Below, piece after piece: positions 14,821-15,686 of a stretch of DNA of 15,686 nucleotides (the first letter of the stretch is position 1; every line of letters begins with the position of its first letter). The DNA comes from an uncultured Gemmatimonadota bacterium (GTDB taxonomy: Bacteria > SM23-81). Where the stretch lies: NCBI GenBank assembly GCA_964584035.1, contig CAZOYL010000034.1, positions 1 to 15,686 on the forward strand, read 5' to 3'. The notes beneath the pieces are model-generated. The model did no database searches. It was given only the letters and a program-made list of their open reading frames with translations, and was not told where the DNA came from. The translations under genes and the position numbers were made by a program.

Positions 14821-15686
14821 ATGTGCGGCATCGTCGGCATCATCGGCAACCGGCCGGTCAGCGAGGATGTGGTCAGAGGACTCCACGCCCTGCAGCACCG
14901 CGGCATCCAATCTTCCGGCCTGATCAGCTACAATTCCGCGGCCCAGCGGTTCAGCTATCCCATCCGGGGAGCCGGTTCCAGCATGGAGGTGTTTCGTCAC
15001 GTCCGGCTGAGCGCCGGAGACAACCTGGCCATCGGACACAACCGCTACGCCACCTCGGGTGACGACCCCTCCAAGGACGCCCAGCCGATATACATTCAGC
15101 GGCCCGGCCTGGCCCTGGCTCACAACGGTCAAATCGCCAACTATATGCCGCTCCGGGAGCGTCTCGAGCAGCATGGCCTGTACTCCTTCTACACCAACTG
15201 TGACGCCGAGGCGCTGCTCTTCGCTCTGGCCGAGAACCTCACCCAGATGCGCTCCGAGCGGGCCGCGGACACGCCCACCTTCGTGCGGCACAAGTTGTTT
15301 CCCGCCCTGCGCAAGACCATGGATCGCCGCTCGAAGTATTCGGTCATCGGGGCCTTCTCGAGCGTGCTCATCGTGGCCAACCACGGCCTGCTGGCCTTCA
15401 AGGATCCTCACGGGGTACGGCCGCTGAACTTCGCCCGCAAGAAGGACGGCCGCTCCATTCAGTACGCTTTTGCCTCGGAGACCACCGCCTTCCATTTTCT
15501 GAGAGGGTTCCGCGACTTTCACGAGCTCGGTCCCGGCGAGGCCGTGTTCGTGGACCTCGACCTGAGAGTTTATCGTGAGCAGATCAAAGCGCAGGATGAA
15601 AAGTTTTGTCCCTTCGAGATCGTCTACTTCGCCCAGGTGGACTCCGAGCTGCAGGCGCCGGCGGAGCCCGCGGCGATCGCAATCCC
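14821..15686 (+). CDS. purF: Amidophosphoribosyltransferase, 5' part (truncated by window end)
   Basis: Not in the ORF track; translated by hand from ATG 14821: MCGIVG...LHALQHRG...GHNRYATSG...AQP...AHNGQIAN...DAE...GAFS...DPHGVRPL...FASE...PGE...CPFEIVYFAQVDS. No stop codon before the window end. Confidence 0.93.
   Translation, partial: MCGIVGIIGNRPVSEDVVRGLHALQHRGIQSSGLISYNSAAQRFSYPIRGAGSSMEVFRHVRLSAGDNLAIGHNRYATSGDDPSKDAQPIYIQRPGLALAHNGQIANYMPLRERLEQHGLYSFYTNCDAEALLFALAENLTQMRSERAADTPTFVRHKLFPALRKTMDRRSKYSVIGAFSSVLIVANHGLLAFKDPHGVRPLNFARKKDGRSIQYAFASETTAFHFLRGFRDFHELGPGEAVFVDLDLRVYREQIKAQDEKFCPFEIVYFAQVDSELQAPAEPAAIAI

Noticed and set aside
4142..15522. Long alternative-frame and antisense ORFs (e.g. 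4142-5257+, 4785-6044-, 6864-8015-, 8495-9526-, 13708-14592-, 14665-15522-)
   Set aside because: They are shadow ORFs typical of high-GC coding DNA. They overlap well-supported genes and show no recognisable motifs.

Overview
High-GC bacterial chromosomal window with two divergent gene blocks separated by an AT-rich intergenic region (3717-4073). Left, on the minus strand: mutY (with a near-intact Nudix box in its C-terminal domain), a SnoaL/NTF2-like lipoprotein, a GNAT acetyltransferase resembling the NAT16/histidine N-acetyltransferase family, and an EamA/DMT transporter. Right, on the plus strand: a tightly packed purine 'super-operon', purA-purC-guaA-purB-purM-purE-purO-like-purH(transformylase only)-guaB-purF. 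purF runs off the window and is missing from the ORF track. The operon combines IMP synthesis with both the AMP and GMP branches. It uses uncommon enzyme variants: a class II (PAICS-like) PurE with no purK visible, and a split PurH whose cyclohydrolase is replaced by a PurO-like protein. Several members carry substitutions in normally well-conserved motifs. No RNA genes, CRISPR arrays or mobile elements were recognised. All family assignments come from motif recognition by eye, not from database searches.
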